Assembly (NCBI RefSeq): GCF_006345805.1
Contig: NC_042998.1
Span: 140,058,001 to 140,122,000, forward strand
DNA length: 64,000 nucleotides
Reading direction: 5' to 3'
Source: Octopus sinensis
Lineage: Eukaryota
Shown: positions 50,672 through 62,666 of the stretch, piece after piece
How the letters are laid out: each line of letters opens with the position of its first letter
Numbering within the stretch: position 1 is the first letter of the stretch
Notes under the pieces: generated by a model
What the model saw: only the letters and a program-made list of their open reading frames with translations
Databases searched by the model: none
Told to the model about the DNA's origin: nothing
Made by a program: the position numbers and the translations under genes

Positions 50672-52061
50672 GGGAGGGTGGTTGCTCTGAGACTATAGCA
50701 GCTAGAACAAGAATAGCCTGAGCAAAGTTCAAGGAGCTCCTACCTCTGCTGGCAACTAAGGGCTTCTTGCTCAGGATGAAAGGTAGACTGTATGATTCAT
50801 GTATGCAAACTGCTATGCTACACTGCAGTGAAACATGGGCCATGACTGCTGAGGACATGTGTACGCTTGAAAAAAATGAAGCTAGTATGATTCACTGGAT
50901 GTGTAATGTCAGCGTGCATACCCAACAGAGTGTAAGTGTCCCGAGAGAAATATTGGGTATAAGAAGCATCAGATGTGGTGTGCAAGAGTGACAACTGCGT
51001 TGGTATGGTCATGTGTTACGTATGGATGAGGACAGGTGTATGAGGAAGTGCCACTCCCTAACTGTGTAAGGAACCTCTGGAAGAGGTAAACCCAGGAAGA
51101 TGAAATGAGGTGGTGAAGCATGACCTTCAAACATTGGGTCTCACAGAGGCAATGACAAGTGACAGAGACCTTTGGAGATATTCTGTGACTGAGAAGACCT
51201 GACAACTAAAGTGAGATTGCAGCCATACATGTCCAGCCCAGTTAAGAGAACTCCTGATATGTCAGGCTATATGATATGCTTGAGAAGACCTGTTGAGTCA
51301 AGTAAAATCAATATCATAGCTGTGATCAGTGCCCCCTGACTGGCTCTTGTGCCAGTGGCACGTAAAAAGCACCATCTGAACGTGGTCATTGCCAGATCTG
51401 CCTGACTGGCTCCTGTACCGGTGACACATAAAAAGCACCATCCGAATGTGGCTGATACCAGTACCCCCTATGCCGGTAGCACATAAAAGGCACTATCCAA
51501 ACATGATCGATGCCAGGACCACATGACTGGCCCTCATGTTGGTGGCACGTAAAAAGACCATCCAAAAGTGGCTGATGCCATTACCCACTGAATGGCTCCC
51601 GTGCTGGTGGCATGTAAAAAGCACCATCCAAACATGGTCGATGCCAGGTCCGCCTGACTGGCTTCCATGCCAGTGGCACATAAAAAGCACCATCCAAACA
51701 TGGCAATTGCCAGTACCCACTGACTGGCTTCCATGCCGGTAGCAAATGAAAAGCACTATCTGAACCACCTGACCACCTGAAAAGCACCATCTTGGACCAC
51801 CTGACTGGCCCCCATGCCAATGGCACATAAAAAGTACTATCTGAATGTGATCAAAGTCAGGCCCGTTTAATTGGCTCCTGTGCTGGTGGCGTGTAAAAAG
51901 CACCCACTACACTCTCGCAGTGGTTGGCATTAGGGAGGGCATCCAGCTGTTGAAACACTGCCAGATCAGATTAGGCCTGGTGCAGCTGCTTACTCTCCAG
52001 GCCTCAATCAAAACGTCCAACCCATGCCAGCATGGAAAACAGACATTAAGCAATAATGATG
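50672..52061 (+). mobile_element. 5'-truncated RTE LINE: decayed ORF2 C-terminus (to ~51214), 3' UTR with tandem array, short (GAT) tail
   Basis: GGGCSETIAARTRIA.AKFKELLPLL...GRLYDSC...MLHCSETW...QLRWYGHVLRMDEDR...GRGKPRK. Possible TSD atatgtgtg (low complexity). Confidence 0.9.
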
Positions 52062-52359
52062 ATATGTGTGTGTGTGTGTGTGTGTGTGTATACAGATATA
52101 TATATGGAAATAGTTGCTGTCATTATCTGTGCCAAGAAAATTTTTAGTATGATGCTATGAATTATCTTGTCAAAACATATTGATATAAATGTCAGCCAAA
52201 GATGTCACACACTTGACAACTTCTGTTGTCAGAGCAACATTTACTGTTTTATATTTACATAAAAATATTATCATACTTTGTCACAGTTCTTAATGATCTA
52301 AGTTCACTGCATTCTCGTCGTTCAAATTTCCTTTTTCACATATTTCTACTAAACATAAG

Positions 52360-53085
52360 TGCAGACATGGCCATGCAGTTAAGAAGCTCACTTTGCAACC
52401 ATGTGGCTTTATGTTCAGTCGCACTGTGCTTCATCTTAGGGTAAGTGTCTTATGCGCTCGACTGAACAATACCCTGTGAGTGAACTTGGTAGATGGAAAT
52501 TGTATAGAATCCTACAGCATATGCATATGTCTTTGTGTGTGTCCCACCACCATCTGACAGCTGGTTTTGGCTTGTTTACACTCCTGTAACTAAACAGTTC
52601 AGCATAAGAGATTGCTAGAACAAGCCTCAGCTCTGGGCTGACCAATGTCTTGTGAGTGAACTTGGTTGATGAAAACTGTGTAGAATCCCATTGCATGTGT
52701 GTGTCTTTGTATTGGTCCTCCACCACCATTTGACAACTGATGTTGGTTTGTTTATGTCCCCATAATTTAACAGTTCGGCGTAAGAGATTGATGGAATAAG
52801 CACCAGCTCTGGAGTGACCAATGTCTTGTGAGTGAACTTGGTAGATTGTATAGAATCCCATTGCACATGTGTATGTCTTTGTATTGGTCCCCAACAACCA
52901 TTTGACAACTGGTGTTGGTTTGTTTACGTCCCCATAATTTAACAGTTCAGCGTAAGAGATTGATGGAATAAGCACCAGACTTCAAGAAACAAGTACTGGG
53001 GTCAATTTGTTTGACAAAACCCTACAAGATGCTGCTCCAGTATGACCACAATTCAGTGACTGAAATAAGTAAAAGATAAAACTAA
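52360..53085 (+). mobile_element. SINE family A with its central ~176 bp triplicated
   Basis: One head, one tail; tgtgagtgaacttgg recurs at 52475, 52651 and 52827. Confidence 0.8.
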
Positions 53086-54112
53086 GTGAAGATATCCAAT
53101 CAGCCTTCCTATACTCACCTCTTCTTCAGTCTGTTCTTATTAATGATGCTCCTCTACCAGTCTGTTTAGTAGAATTTAGTAGCTCTGGCTGAAATAGATT
53201 TATAATGCAGGAAATTTGGTCAAGTTCTTGGTTGATGGAAACTGTGTTGTCAACAACGTTGTTTTTATTTACAGTATATGTCAAACTCACTTCTGGTGGT
53301 TTTTAATGGTATGATATCTATCATACTATTTGCTTGTGGCACCCACAGAGAGGATGTGAAACGTCTTAGCTCAGCTGCTTTGGTGACACCTATTCGGCAT
53401 CACTGATTCAACACCAATGTATTTAACATTAGACATTTTCATGTTTCTCTCTCTCTCTGTTTATGTGTGTGAGCATATTTCTCTTTATGCGTATGAGGAG
53501 AGGGAATGTATTTATGTCAACCAAGTTCAGCTGATAAATTGTAATGTCTTGCTCTCTCTCTCTCTCCTCCTTTTCTTTTTCTGTCTCACATTATATACAT
53601 ACACACACACATATTATACATTCACATATATATATATACAATATTCTTAAAGAAACAAAAATTTATCCAACAACTCTGGCTAATACGGACAAGCCTAGTA
53701 GGTGTGAAAAACTAACTGGTATATCTTGTCAAGAGTACAGGCAACAGTCAGATTGCTGATGTTTGTTGTGCACCCAGCTGTCGTTATTTGATTGCTGTTA
53801 TTCTGTGCATCTGTGTGCAAAAATCAGTTGTGTTTTGACGGGTTGCTTTATTTTAACCCTTAACTTAGAAATGGAGAAAGACATAGTGCTAGATATAAAA
53901 AATTGAGCCATTTGGAGCTAGATATAAAGCAGAAAAACGTGAAATACGTCAAGCAGGCGTGTGTCTTATGTGAAATCTGTGATGAGCCTAAGTGACACTG
54001 ATGACTTGGAGTTGCCTCTGATATATATATATATATATATATATGTACATACACTCATATATGCATGTGTATGTGTATATATTTGTACACACAATCATAT
54101 ATATACCTGTGC

Positions 54113-54143
<31 letters not shown>

Positions 54144-54952
54144 CCACCAGGTAAATTAGGGGTTGTGGATCCAACCCACTATCCTATATACTGTTGGTAT
54201 AATACCCAATTATTAATACATGAGTGTTTTTAATTGCAATGCAATAAACTTACTTATTGTATTAAATGGGTGAAGGTAAAGAAATATTTCACCATTAATT
54301 TATATTGCAAATAAGAAAATGGAGAAGCACATTAGTTGGTTCATCAACTTTAGGATATTATAATGTTGACTTATTTATTTATGCATAATATATATGTATA
54401 TATGTGTGTGTATATATATATATATATACGTGTGTACATATGTAAAATATATATAAAAGGAAACATGTTCTTTGTTCATGGCTAAGAAGTCTTTGACTCT
54501 TGTTTCTAGTAATGCTGGTCTTGCCCTGTACCCTTAGTCACTTTTAGTGACTGTTAAATTTTTCTTTTTTGTTTTTAAATTGTCTAGTCATTTCAATCAT
54601 TTTATGATTTTCACATTACCATTTTACTGAATCAGCCATTGATTCCTATGGTAAATTCTATAAATACTAACAGGTGGAATTCAGCTTCACCACCAGATAC
54701 CAATCTGATGCCTTTGCTTGCAGTGGGGAGGTTGTCTCCCTTGTCAATACATAGATCTGTGCTTTGTTCATGGCTAAAGAGTCTTTGACTCTTGTTTCTA
54801 GCAATGCTGGTGCTGCACTGCACCCTTACTCACTTTCAGTGACAGTTAAATTTCTCGTTTTTGGTTTTGATTGTGTCTAGCCACCTTAATCATTTTATTT
54901 CTATGTGTGTGTGTGTGTGTGTGTATGTGTGTGTGTAAGTATATGTATGTGT

Positions 54953-55120
54953 TACGTTCTGAGTTCAAATTCCACCGAGGTTGACTTTGTCTTTCGTCCT
55001 ATCGGGGTCAATAAATTAAGTACCAGTTGCACACTAGGGTCGATGTAATTGACTTAATCCATTTGTCTGTCCTTGTTTGTCCCCTCTAGGTTTAGCCCCT
55101 TGTGGGCAATAAGGAAATAA
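54953..55120 (+). mobile_element. SINE family B, head truncated
   Basis: tacgttctgagttcaaattcc...gggcaataaggaaata. Confidence 0.75.
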
Positions 55121-55153
55121 GTATATGTATGTATGTATCTATTTATTTGTCTA

Positions 55154-55185
<32 letters not shown>

Positions 55186-55944
55186 CCTCTCTTTATAAAT
55201 ACACACACACATATATACAAAAGAATGTGGTGAAATGATATGATCTTCAGTTGTTGAACTTCATGGAGGTAATGACAAGTGACCAAGACTTCTGATGATT
55301 TGCTGTGCCTAGGAAGACACATCAAGTTAAGTGAAATCATAGCCAGTGCCAGTGACATGTAAAAGGCACTTTGTGTTGGTAACAGGTATAAGGCACCCAT
55401 GCCAGTTACACATAAATGGCACCCGATACACTCTGTAAAGTGGTTGGCATTAGGAAGGGCATTCAACCATAGAAACCAAGCCAAAACAGACAAGTGAAGC
55501 CTGGTGCAACTGTCTGGCTTACCAGCTGCAGTCAAACCATGTAGCCCATGCCAGCATGGAAAATGGACACTAGATGAGGAGGAGGTGGAAGAAGATATAC
55601 ATGTACATGTGTTTTTCTCTCTAGTGACAAAATATATTCTCATCAAAACAGGCTGAATGTCTGGTCAACCATGCTGAATTTTTAGTGTACAAACAGCTGT
55701 GTCCAGTTGTCTCATTCTGCACACAGGTAATATTGGACAAAGAGAATCCTAAAAATATTTATATTTCATGTGACCAGAAGAAGCCACAACACCTTAACAT
55801 GTGCATGGTTGATACCTAACTTCAAATTTGTTAGGTTGACTCCAAACAAAACAAGAGTAACTTGCATTGTTAGTCTTTTTTGGAAATGTACAAAGAGTAA
55901 CAGGATAACTGGATAAGATTAGTGTGGTTAATGTTTGATTGTTT

Positions 55945-57740
55945 CATAAGAAATTAATTGACACATGAATCTGGTTGGGAATGGAATTCCAAGGGGTATA
56001 CCTGACAGGTGGAAACACTCCAATATTATCACAATCTACAAATGCAGCAATAGCAGGGGAATCTTTCATGTTGGCAACAGGTAAAAGGAACCCAGTACAC
56101 TCTGTAAAGTGTTTGGCATTAGGAAGGACATCCAGCCGTAGAAACCTAGCCAAAACAGACAAGTGGAGCCTGGTACAGCTCTCTGGCTTACCAGCTCCAG
56201 TCAAACCGTGTAGCCCATGATCTCATGTATTCTCCTTCCACATCTATTTCATGTCGTCAACTTGGTTATGCCTGAGTCCCAGTATGGATTTTGAACCAAA
56301 AGAAGCACTTGAGATATGATATTTGTGGCCTGTCTTCTCCTTGAAAAGTGTCATGAACAGCAGAGAGACATATGTTATGCCTTCATCAATCTAACAAAGT
56401 CGTTTGATATGGACAACCATCCTGTGTCATGTCACCTACTTCAGAGATTTGGCTGTCCACCACCATTTCTCTCAATCATCCAGAAGTTTCATGATGGTGT
56501 GTAAGTGAGAGTGACATGTGCTGGTAAGGTCTTGGAATCCTTTTATGTCCAGGTGGAGGTAAAATAAGGATGTGTCCTTGCTCCTGTACTGTTTAACATT
56601 TACCTGGTGGCTGTAACGCTTCTTTCCAGGAGACAGTTCAACAAAGAAGACGGAATTCATATTGGGTATCGCTGTAATGGCAGCATCTTTAACACCTGCT
56701 GCCTGAAAGCCACATCAAGGATCTTCTCAACCACTGTGTACGAGATCCAGTATATTGACGATTCAGCTGCACCATCCCATGCCTCTGCCTCTCTTCAACA
56801 CATGACAAACTCAATGAATAGTGCCTATTTTTGACTTGGTCTTCAGGTGAATCATAAAAAAATCTGAAGTTCTCCAATCAGTATTTCCATACTCACCCTC
56901 TCCTCAGCCCATTGCTACTGATGATGGTCTTCTACCACAGGCAAACTCATTCTGCTTTCTTGGAAGCACAATCTCTAGTACTAGACTCCTTAATAAGGGG
57001 ATACTCCGTTGGATCAACTTGGCCTCTGCATCTTTCAAGAGACTCAGCAAATGAGATTTTTTATAACAACAACTGTTTATTAAGCTGTCTCTGTATCTAC
57101 CTATCTCTATGGGTCTGAGTGCTGGGCCTTTTATCAGTACTGGGTCAGACAACTAGAAGCGTTCCATATTAAATTTCTCCAGAGTATTCTCAGTCTCATA
57201 TAGAAGGATAAGCTGCCTCATACCAAAATCCTTCCCTGGGTTGGGATCTACAACACTGTGACCTGCATTCATTGTTTTCTCCACTGGGTTGTCCATGTGA
57301 TTTGGATGCTGGGTAACTGATTCCCTAAGATGGTCCTTTTCAGCAAGATCAAGATTAGAAGTAGGCCTTGCTGACATCCATAACTTTGTTTTTATGATCA
57401 TCTCAAACAGTCAGTCATTTTTGTCCCTCCCAATCAGTTAGAGTCCCTGGTTGTTAATCGGAAGGCATGGAGGTTCGTGTGTCATGCTGGATTAGAGTGC
57501 TTTGAAGTTGAATGTAAGAGAATGCATGAAGAAAGGAGGAGGCATCGTCCTCAACCCCCTGCAGCTGTTATTTGGGGTCACTTTCAGTCCCTTCACTGCC
57601 ACAAGGTCTGTCTATCTCATATTGGTCTTGTCAGCCATGTCCACTCCCATAAGAAACAATGTGCTGGAGGCAAGGGAGGACGAATGTCTTGGATTGATGC
57701 TGTCATCATATGTGGTGGACAGTTATAGACAAAAAAAAGT
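55945..57740 (+). pseudogene. Old RTE-BovB-like LINE ORF2 remnant, interrupted at ~56087-56220 by an RTE 3' fragment of the other lineage
   Basis: IPDRWKHSNIITIYK, MPESQYGF..RST.DMIF, AFINLTKSFD, GCVLAPVLFNIY, QYIDD, and the C-terminal C/H motif CHKVCLSHIGLVSHVHSH. Many stops. Confidence 0.85.
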
Positions 57741-57796
57741 AAGTATCACCACCAAACATCATTAGGTGTTTAGCTAGCTCTCTCTTCCTATATTAA

Positions 57797-58012
57797 CCCT
57801 TTTGAAACACAGTGTTTTGGTATGTGTAGCCAAAAAGACCAAAATTTTCTTCCTATTAAGACACATCTACTAAAAGACGATCTCTGATTAGCTATTACAC
57901 TTCAAAGCCAATCATTCACAATGTTTGTTTCATTGGGCCGATGGATCAGCCTCAAAGTCCTTTCAGCTTGTATCACTTGGGCTGATCAATTGGCCTGGGT
58001 GTCCCAAGAGGG
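57797..58012. mobile_element. TTAA MITE, family 2 (216 bp) with an internal inverted repeat
   Basis: TTAA|cccttttgaaacac...gtgtcccaagaggg|TTAA; internal ggccgatggatcagcc / ggctgatcaattggcc. Confidence 0.7.
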
Positions 58013-59790
58013 TTAAGGACATTTATATCAACTAACCTCATGATAAAGTCATCGTTCTCTCAATACACACGATTTCTCTTAGCCCTTGTACAATTCCCAT
58101 ACTGGCATAGAATTCCAGCTGGGAACCACCTCCATTCAAATTTATTGATTCACCTGTCTTTCCTCACCATCATTCCCAAGATCTCTCACTAAAACCTTTC
58201 AGCCAATTCATTTCTTCTCTTAGTTGCAACCTTCTGGGACTCTTCCCTAATCTTAATTTATTTCTGCTCATTGTTCAAGTTGATCATCACAATATGGGTG
58301 GGTCAACAAAATAATAAGTCTTGCCCTTTAACCCCTGATAAACTAATCGAAAAATATAATATAAAGTACAAACAGTACAGAAGCAAGTTTGTCCAACATT
58401 GCAAAAAGCTGGCTGTATGGACTTGTGTGCTTCATAAAAGGATTCACTTTAAAGTATTGCTTTTAATAAACTGGTTTATTACTTTTGATATATTTTTCTA
58501 ATAGCCGACAACACCTTCATAATATGTGACAATGGTTATCACCCATTTATCTTTAGAATGGAAAATTTTTTCAAATGTCCTATCATTAAAGTATAGTTTT
58601 TCAAATGATTAAAATCTCTAACGTATTTCTCCAATGTTAGAAAACACTTATTGTCTGTTTTGCTGTTTTTTTTAGGCTTCTTTCGTTACATATAATGTTG
58701 GCATTATGGCTCTTGGAGAATAACTTGTGTGTAATCTGATTAAACTGATTGAAGTTTTTGCTATATCTCTTACATGATCTTAATGGCTTGTAATTTTCTC
58801 AGCTTTACATTTTTCCTAAATATCTTGCTTATAGCTTCCCAAATGACCAACATTTAGAGACTGCATTTACAGACTTTTCTTTATCAAAGTCACACTCCTT
58901 ATTAAACTATTGTTCATAATAATATTTTCACACATCCACTAGTGTAATGCCCATAACTATTTCCCATATATTATACCAATATTTATCGCTCATACTTTCT
59001 TTTTAATGACAGTTACAATTCTAAACATGCTGTCTTTTTTTCTGGCAAACTTCACAGCTCTACACTATGTATAGCAACAGTTTTTACAAAATATGTATCT
59101 CTATTTTATTTAAACCCCAATTTATTTCTAGCCATGAATTTTTCCATCTCTTTATTCTATTTTTGACATGTTATGCCTATGTTTATTGTTTTGGCAATGC
59201 ATGATAGCCACATAATCTTTTGTAAAATTGAGCCATCACCAGTGGCTGTAATTTGGTGATTAATTTCCAGAAAATGTAATTTTTGACTCAGGTTCAATTC
59301 CCCTCAATTACATTGCATATATACAAATACCCATGTAATTCTTTTAGTTCAGCTTCAAATCCATCTCATGAAAACTACACATTATTCTTTTCGTGATACA
59401 AATCTCTCAAATTCATTTCTGCAGTTGTCCCAGTTACATGTTATACTCCAACTTCCTTCCTACAAATGCTCCTCTATGTGTTTAAAGCATTTCTTGTGAC
59501 CCCTTCTCTCTCTAACCTCGAAAGTTACTCCAAAATTTACCAATACCTTGGCAGTAAGTCTCTCTCGTTCATTTCCCTAACTTCACTGCCTATCTCTGAT
59601 TCTCTCTACATCAAGGACATCTATCTAAGGGTACCTTCACAACTTCACCTAATCAAATCTCTCTCTGACATGCTACCCTTCCAAATCTATCATTTACTTT
59701 GCCATACACAGTATCTAGTCCTAATGGTTCAACACCAATTAAGAATCTTGTCTCATAACAAAACATCACACAATACCCTCTATATCTTAA

Positions 59791-60261
59791 CCTGTTAGCA
59801 TTTAAACCAGCCGTTAATACTGGCGAGATGCAGCCTCTCACACCTACCCTACAATGTCATTCTAGAAATAAACAATCACATTGTCAAAATTTCAACGCTA
59901 TGAAATAATGCACGATTAATTCAAACAATGTGAATAAATAAACGTTACATTTGACAGAATAATCATCATCATTATCATCATCATTTAGCATCCATTTTCC
60001 ATGCTGTCATAGGTTAGATGATTTGACTGGAGATTGTAAGCTAGAGAGCCTTACCAGACTCCAGTCTGTTTCGGCTTCTTTTCTACAGCTGAATGCTCTT
60101 TCTAACACCAACTACTCCACAGTGTGTACTGGGTGTCTTTTACATGTCACTGGCACAGGTGCCATTCACATGTCACTGACACTGGCCATGACTACGAGTT
60201 CACTTAACTTTACTTGTCTTCTCAAGCACAGCAAATTGCCAAAAGTCTGGATGCTAAAGGG
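59791..60261. mobile_element. TTAA MITE family 1 split by an antisense RTE 3' fragment (~59965-60245)
   Basis: TTAA|cctgttagcatt...gacagaataatc [insert] tctggatgctaaaggg|TTAA. Confidence 0.75.
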
Positions 60262-61606
60262 TTAAACATTCTTCTGTTTTAAGCCAATTTGAAAAAAGGG
60301 AATAAATAAACACAGCATGGCTTTGGTTGTTGAGAAGTTTACTTCCCAACTACATGGTTTCAAGTTCAGTGCCACTGTGTCATACTTTGGGCAAGTGTCT
60401 TCTACTACAACCTTGAGTCAGCAAAAGCCTTGCGAGTGGATTTGGTAGATGGAAACTGAAAGAAGCCTGTTCTCTGTGTGTGTGTATGTGCGCGCACGTG
60501 TGTGTGTGACCTTGTTTTGATATTACATGATAGTTGTGGAATGAGTGTCATTGTCAAAGAAGCTGTATTATTTCCAATCATCATTTAGTGTCTGTTTTCC
60601 ATGCTGGCAAGGGTTTGACAGTTTGGCTTGAACTGGTAAGCCAGAGAGCTGTACCAGGCTCTAGTTTGTTTTGTGCTTTGGCTTGGTTTCTACAGCTGGA
60701 TGCTCTTCCTGATGCCAACCACTCCAGAGAGTGTACTGGGTGTCTTTTACATGTCACCAGTACAGCTATTTTTAACATGTCACTAGCATGGATGGCCATG
60801 GGGAAATATTATTTTGCCTGGAAACAGATGAGCTTGGCTTCAAGAAAAGCATCCAATGTTTTGAGGTATATTTATGCCTCAAAAAGTTTTGACCCATTCA
60901 AGCATGGGGAAGTAGCTTTTAAAATGATGATGATGATGATGATGGTGGTGGTGATAGTGTACAAAAGATTAAGATTTTTCACAGATAAATGTCTCCAGTG
61001 TCAGTGACATAATAAAATGTAACCAAACCACAGGGTAAAATGGTTGGTGATAGGAAGGTATCTAGTCATAAAAATCATGCCAAAGTGGTTGGCGACAGGA
61101 AGGGTATTTAAAAATCATCCCAGAGAAAGGAACACACAAAGGAGACTTGGGCTCCACAAACTGCATTTGCATCCATTTTCATCATTTAACATCTGTTTTC
61201 CATGCTGGCATGGGTTAGACAGTTTAACTGGAACTGGTAAGCTGGGGCGCTGCACCAGGCTGCAGTCTGTTTTGGTTTGGATTCTCTTCCTAATGCCAAC
61301 TGCTCCAAGAGTGTACAGGCGTAGAGGGTGCCTTTTACATATCACTGGCACCGGTACCCCCTTTTGTGTCACCAGCACAGGTGCCTTTTATGTGTCACAG
61401 CATGGGTGCCTTTTACTTATCACTAGTAAGGGTACCTTTTATGTGTCACCAGCATGGGCACTTTCTACATGTCATTGACACTAGCCACAACTACAATTTC
61501 ACTTGGCTTAATGTGTCTTCTCAGGCACAGTGAATCACCAAAGGTCTCAATCAATCGTCATCGCCTCCATGAGACTCAACATCTAAAGATCATGCTTTAT
61601 AATTCA

Positions 61607-61994
61607 CTAGCAGTATCGCCCGGCGTTGCTCGGGTTTGTAAGGGAAATAACTATAAAGCATTTTTAGAGAGTTATAGCCAAAAAATAGCAAAAAAATGTA
61701 TTAAAAATGGAAAAAAAATGATGGTAAATTTTTTTTTAAATCGTTGACTCATCGTAGACATTTTTAGAGAGTTACTTCCCTTATATAAAATAGCGAAAAA
61801 ATGCATTAAAATGGAAAAAAATGATGGTAAATTATTTTTAAAATCGTAGACTCACGCTAATACCCAGAAGGGCTTGATATGAATTACGACTATAAGATAT
61901 CCGGTTTTGGTTAAACTGCACCACAAAATGTGGGAGTAGTTAGGAATCTAAATCATAGGAGACAGACACACAACTTCACTTTTCTATATAAAGA
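61607..61994 (-). mobile_element. Non-autonomous Helitron (388 bp) with an internal ~100-bp tandem duplication
   Basis: Minus strand reads A|TCtttatatag...cccgagcaacgccgggcgatactgCTAG|T. Confidence 0.85.
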
Positions 61995-62117
61995 TTTCCC
62001 TATCAGCAAAATAAAGTAATGAGGTCATCAGGAGAACATGTTTCCTTCTAATATGCAAATGTGTGGAAGCCAGTTGTATATATACAACACACAGTAAAAA
62101 ATAATTAGTGTTTTTAA

Positions 62118-62331
62118 TCCTTTCGTTACCAACCCAGCTGAAACTGGCTCTGGCTACAAATGTCTTGTTTTCATAACTTTTGAATTAAAATATTCCACCA
62201 AACCTTGGTCACAATTTATGTTCCTAACACTAGCTAAATGATAACTAAATTATTTTACTAAATTCTTTGTTATATTTAAAGTAAGTGAAAGAAACACAGA
62301 GCATCTCAAAATAAATGCAGTAGCGAAAGGG
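62118..62331. mobile_element. TTAA MITE, family 3 (214 bp)
   Basis: TTAA|tcctttcgttac...gtagcgaaaggg|taaa (degenerate TSD). Confidence 0.65.
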
Positions 62332-62614
62332 TAAAGCTTAAACTTTGCTCAATAGTCTCTCTAGAAATATGGTTATTGTCAGACCACATTGAGTAGAGGC
62401 ATGGAGTATAGTACTGCCTACCAAGTCCAAGCCGTTTGGTAACATATTATCCCTTCCAAAGCACATTAATCAACTTGATGCTTTTCATAAAACCAAGTAA
62501 CCATAGATGATCTTTAATTCATAAATTCATAATATAGGTTGGTACAGATCCAGTGGATTATGAATTTATGAATTAAAAATCATCTGCACCTACAATTTTT
62601 TCCTTTCCTTATAC

Positions 62615-62666
<52 letters not shown>

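Noticed and set aside
51340-51900. Repeat-spacer-like pattern
   Set aside because: The linkers are homologous to each other and the array lies in an RTE 3' UTR; it is reported as a VNTR instead.
52436-52975. 179-aa minus-strand ORF
   Set aside because: It is the antisense reading of a triplicated SINE body.
53869-53990. Candidate fifth CEP112 exon (phase 2)
   Set aside because: There is no canonical donor before the stop and no resemblance to the expected next CEP112 segment.
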